Shown here: piece by piece, positions 28,178 to 32,000 of the stretch
Position numbering within the stretch: the stretch's first letter is position 1
Layout of the letters: the number at the start of each line of letters is the position of its first letter
Assembly: GCA_964510585.1 (NCBI GenBank)
Contig: CAZECW010000146.1
Span: 1-32,000, forward strand
DNA: 32,000 nt
Direction of reading: 5' to 3'
From: an uncultured archaeon
GTDB lineage: Archaea; Asgardarchaeota; Jordiarchaeia; Jordiarchaeales; Jordiarchaeaceae
Made by a program: the position numbers and the translations under genes
The notes under the pieces: generated by a model
Told to the model about the DNA's origin: nothing
The model's input: only the letters and a program-made list of their open reading frames with translations
Database searches by the model: none

Positions 28178-28750
28178 TTTCCTCCTTCTTCTCCGAAGTA
28201 ATTGTTTTATATAATTTACTTAAGAGTACTTATTTCGGAAAATTTATAAATATTTTGGAATAAAACCATAAATATTTTACGCTAAAATTATTGAAAAATA
28301 GTAAAAAGTAATCCAAAATATGTATACCACCTAATTTTAGGGAGGAGAACAAAATTTGGTAAGCAAGGAACAATTTTTGTCGAATTTTAACAATCTGAAA
28401 AGAATTTTGGGACGATATCAGTAAAAATATGAAGAATAATTTACTGAAATCAACTAAAATTTACTATTTTCAATAATTGGAAGAGATGAGTTTATCTTAA
28501 ATAACAAATTGTTTAATTTAGAGCCAAAAAACGGAATAAAAGAGATATATTTTTTCCGTTAAACTTGTAGAAAAGTTTATAAAACGTGTTTTTAATGTTC
28601 GGCGCTGGGAGTTTTTAGGAAAAAAATTTCCCAAAATGGGATTATTACCGTGTTTATTTTTACTAAAATTGTTAAAATTTATAATTGAAATTCCGATTTT
28701 CAACTAATAATATATATGTTATATGGAGCAAAAAATTGGAGTGATAAGTT

Positions 28751-29329
28751 ATGAAGGTTTATGTTCCGCTAAGAGAAAAGAAAGATGCTGGTAGCATAAT
28801 GTGGGTTGCAAAGGTTGGATACGAGTCAAATGTAGCCTTCTACGCCGTTTCTGATAACATGGATGAGTTATATGAATCTATTAATGAAAAGGCGCAAAAT
28901 CACTATTCTGGATTAATGGATTTGGATAGGAGTTTCATTACAGTGAGAAAGGCTCGTTTAGGCGAGGTGGACATCCCTGAGAGAATAATAGGTTCCGCCA
29001 CAAGAAAAATTGAAGAGGAAGGTTATGGAAATACAAAAATTCCTCCGAGTATTTTGGTGCCTCTGGATCTAGAGTTAGTTCCTATAGTTAATCTTGGTCT
29101 TGATGACGTAGATCCAGAATTTAGCCGATTTATTGAAGCCAGAAACATATTATCCAAAGAAGAGATAATATTCCTAAATGAATTAGATGGTGAATCAAAA
29201 ATTACTCTAACTGAAAAAGATGGCCAACTAGTTTGGGAGTATCAGAAAGATGGCGTAAATGCGGAATTTGACGCCCTCAGCGGTGTGAAGATAGTTAGCA
29301 AGTTAGTAATTAAAAGGGGTGTGATGTAA
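28751..29329 (+). CDS. Hypothetical protein
   Basis: 192-aa ORF, 3 nt before the MetF-like gene; no confident family. Confidence 0.7.
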   Translation: MKVYVPLREKKDAGSIMWVAKVGYESNVAFYAVSDNMDELYESINEKAQNHYSGLMDLDRSFITVRKARLGEVDIPERIIGSATRKIEEEGYGNTKIPPSILVPLDLELVPIVNLGLDDVDPEFSRFIEARNILSKEEIIFLNELDGESKITLTEKDGQLVWEYQKDGVNAEFDALSGVKIVSKLVIKRGVM

Positions 29330-29332
29330 AGT

Positions 29333-30172
29333 ATGGCTATGGAGAAAATGGTTCGTGGAGAATTTATGACCATAGCATTATTTGATCCCCCAGAGGGAAT
29401 TGATACGTTCAAATTTTTGCGTGAAGTGGAAGCCTTCAGTGATTATGTTGATGCTATTCTGATTCCGGACTCTACCAACGAGTACATTCATATGAGTCCA
29501 ATTGTTCCCTGTATGCTCCTTTCCCAGTTTAATGTGGAGCCTATAATGGAGATTGCCTATGGGAGTAGAAGTGAAAAAGCCGTTTATTCTGATGTTTTGG
29601 CGGCGCTAACAGCGGGAGTTCGCAGCATAGTTTTTGTGGCAAAAAATGCAGATGAAGCTTATGTTGAGAAAAACATTCTAGATGTCATAAAAGAAGTACG
29701 AAAAATGGTGGACGAATTAGAATTTGAGGATCCTGACTACAATATAGATCTTAAAATCGGCCTTTCTATTAATCCGCTTACCGAGGAGCGGGTAGATTTC
29801 CGAGAAGCCAAAGAGGCGGGCGTGGACTTCATAATAGCACTCGAAACATACGACCCCGCGCTAATATTTGACATTATTCATAGAGCTAGGGAGGCTGGCC
29901 TGTATACTATAATGAAAGTTGGAGTGTTTACTTCATTTAATCAGGCCAAATTTGCACACAAATTTATACCAGAACTATTCGTCCCGGAAGAACTCCTTGA
30001 GAAACTGTGGGAAGCAGAAGACGAGGCCCAGGCTGGCGTCGAATTTGCGCGAGAACACATAAAAATGCTGGTAGAACTGGGCGCTGATGGAGTATGCCTC
30101 ATGCCTATAAATGAACCCAAAATATACAAAGTACTCCACAATTCTCTGAATCTTAGTATTCAAAACACTTAA
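29333..30172 (+). CDS. Methylenetetrahydrofolate reductase (MetF)-like protein, divergent
   Basis: FDPPEG, YVDAILIPD, HMSP, VEPIM, GVDF, VPEELLEKL, GADGVCLMP follow the MetF barrel order. Key catalytic motifs appear altered. Confidence 0.7.
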   Translation: MAMEKMVRGEFMTIALFDPPEGIDTFKFLREVEAFSDYVDAILIPDSTNEYIHMSPIVPCMLLSQFNVEPIMEIAYGSRSEKAVYSDVLAALTAGVRSIVFVAKNADEAYVEKNILDVIKEVRKMVDELEFEDPDYNIDLKIGLSINPLTEERVDFREAKEAGVDFIIALETYDPALIFDIIHRAREAGLYTIMKVGVFTSFNQAKFAHKFIPELFVPEELLEKLWEAEDEAQAGVEFAREHIKMLVELGADGVCLMPINEPKIYKVLHNSLNLSIQNT

Positions 30173-30984
30173 TGAGTCCTACCCTCCCACCATTTTTTTA
30201 TCAAAAATGAAAAATTAGCAATCGACTTTCCATACTTTTCCTTTTTCGCTCTTTATATTTTTTGTTCTTATCCTTGGGGCGCAGTTAACTGGGTGTCACC
30301 TTTTGTGGGTAGGTTCGTGATATGTAGAAATGCCTTGATTTTAAGATGGAATGGGGTTAATGTTGGGAAACATGCTCATTTAAAGCATAAGAATGTGAGA
30401 AAAGACAACAAAGAAGCACCACCACACGATAAGAGGCACTGTGGAAACTGCCTTATCCTTCTTAGAAGGTCAGTTAGATTGGAAAATTCAAACGAGATTG
30501 GGACTAACGTTTTCTTTCTGGGTCTTTAGTGATTCCAAAAGAACTGGGAGGATCATTTTGAGGTTAAAAAGAGGTTGTGACAAAAATTCATTTAGTTTTT
30601 TAAATTTTTGGCAACGAACTATTAAAAAGATGTAAAATCCTGTTAAGGTTCTTTAACAATTTATGTTAAAAACTGGAAAAGCCTTCTTCGTTTTAGGAAT
30701 AGTTATATCTGTTTTAAGTTTAAAATGGGCATATTGTTTTCCCATTTTGAGCAATTTTTTTACCTATTTTTTGCATTTTTTTAACAAAATTTTATTTTAA
30801 AGCATTTTTTTCAGACAGTTCCTTCCTTTTTTTATTATTTTTTTCCTTTTATGAATGCTTTTTTCTTTAATATTTAGCGGTTTAATTTTCCGAATTATTA
30901 TTTTTTTATTTCCTAAAACATACCATTTAATTTATAAGCGGAACATGGTCAAAATATGACGACAAAGGTTGGAGGTAGATAAAA

Positions 30985-31296
30985 ATGGTGTTGTTTGCAA
31001 AGGAAAAATTGGCTGCCGTTGAGCTAGCCGAACTTGTAAGCAGAGTAGACCCAAAAGTGAGAGAGGATCTTGTAGAGGACATAATAGACGCCGTCCTAGA
31101 AACAGAAAACGCCGACGCAATGCCCGCAGAATATGCAAGAGCCGTCCTACAACTCTGGAGACGGGGAAAACTAGAAACAAACAACGGTCTGAAAGCCCTA
31201 TTCAAAGCCGCACTAAGTGTAGAACCAGAAAAAACCGCCAAAGTCTGCGAGAAACACGGATGCAAAGAACTAGCAGACTACATAAGAAGCAAATAA
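30985..31296 (+). CDS. Small all-helical hypothetical protein
   Basis: 103-aa ORF with GGAGGT ribosome-binding site at 30971-30976, co-oriented with mer. Confidence 0.75.
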   Translation: MVLFAKEKLAAVELAELVSRVDPKVREDLVEDIIDAVLETENADAMPAEYARAVLQLWRRGKLETNNGLKALFKAALSVEPEKTAKVCEKHGCKELADYIRSK

Positions 31297-31356
31297 GTCC
31301 ACTCTCACTTTTTAAGCAACAAAATTTAGGAAACAAAAAGTTAGGAAGAATTAGAA

Positions 31357-32000
31357 ATGGTAAAACTGGGAATTGAGCTCGTACCCCAACAAAAAATCGA
31401 TAAAATTGTTGAGTACATAAAGGAGGCAGAAGCAAATAATTTCGACTTCGCTTGGATTACCGACCATTACAATAATCGCAACACTTACGTCACCCTGGCC
31501 CTGGCTGCTGTGCAAACATCCAAAATCAAACTGGGCACCGGAGTAACAAATCCTTTCTTGGTAAACCCAGCAGTAACAGCTTCCTCGATTGCATCAATTC
31601 ACGAAGTTTCGAATGGTAGGGCAATACTGGGCATAGGTGCGGGGGATGCTACTACCCTCAAGCAATTGGGAGTCGAATGGAGCAAACCCTTAACAGCGGT
31701 GCAAGAAACCATAATGATTGCCAAAAAGTTATGGGCGGGAGAAACAGTCAAATTTGAGGGAGAAGTCTTTAAAATAAAAAGCGCAAGGCTAAACTTCAAA
31801 AATAAGTTCGGGCCAATTCCAGTATACGTTGGCGCCCAAGGACCCAAAATGCTGGAACTTGCAGCAACCTTAGGAGACGGCGCACTAATAAATGCTTCCC
31901 ACCCCATAGATTTGGAACCCGCAACGGCCAAACTAAAGGAAACACTGAGTCAGAGGGCCAACTCCCAAGAATTCGATATTGCGGCCTACACAAGCTTTTC
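31357..32000 (+). CDS. mer: F420-dependent 5,10-methylenetetrahydromethanopterin reductase (partial, runs off the window; missing from the ORF track)
   Basis: Own translation from the ATG at 31357: MVKLGIELVP...WITDHYNNRN...LGTGVTNP...GRAILGIGAGD...IPVYVGAQGPKMLELA...DGALINASHP. Confidence 0.92.
   Translation, partial: MVKLGIELVPQQKIDKIVEYIKEAEANNFDFAWITDHYNNRNTYVTLALAAVQTSKIKLGTGVTNPFLVNPAVTASSIASIHEVSNGRAILGIGAGDATTLKQLGVEWSKPLTAVQETIMIAKKLWAGETVKFEGEVFKIKSARLNFKNKFGPIPVYVGAQGPKMLELAATLGDGALINASHPIDLEPATAKLKETLSQRANSQEFDIAAYTSF

Noticed and set aside
3268-31993. Numerous short antisense or alternate-frame ORFs in the track (e.g. 3268-3504, 7448-7837, 14725-15027, 26961-27350, 30293-30635, 31599-31993)
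   Set aside because: They are shadows of well-supported genes or lack motifs and expression signals.
1-32000. CRISPR arrays, rRNA, additional tRNAs, selenoprotein ORFs
   Set aside because: None seen on manual reading; a computational scan could still find weak cases.

Overview
Archaeal chromosomal window. A TACK/Asgard-type host is inferred, and Asgard fits best given the combination of Sec machinery, H4MPT-type Mer, Hdr and BHB tRNA introns. The standout is a compact selenocysteine-decoding cluster in ~8 kb: pstK (9174-9944), selB (13336-14730), SepSecS (14768-16063) and a tRNA-Sec(UCA) on the minus strand (17103-17256). The ORF track does not show this tRNA. It folds only after removal of TWO non-canonical bulge-helix-bulge introns, one in the D-loop (28 nt) and one in the T-loop (33 nt). 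Two paralogous Pol-beta-type nucleotidyltransferase genes follow pstK, the first overlapping its end. A PurM/SelD-superfamily protein without the SelD Cys/Sec motif is divergent from the tRNA. Also present: the right end of an IS200/IS605 element with a highly structured omegaRNA-like tail interrupting a flavoprotein gene; two tandem paralogous 6-TM membrane proteins; an hdrA-mvhD / FwdF-like polyferredoxin / hdrC / hdrB operon with Cys at all known Sec positions; two Lrp regulators; a MetF-like protein apparently lacking catalytic residues; and the start of mer. Housekeeping genes include an XPD-like helicase, carbamate kinase, a ZIP transporter, thiDN, ilvC, guaA and a nitroreductase. All homology calls come from recognising motifs by eye; no searches were run.
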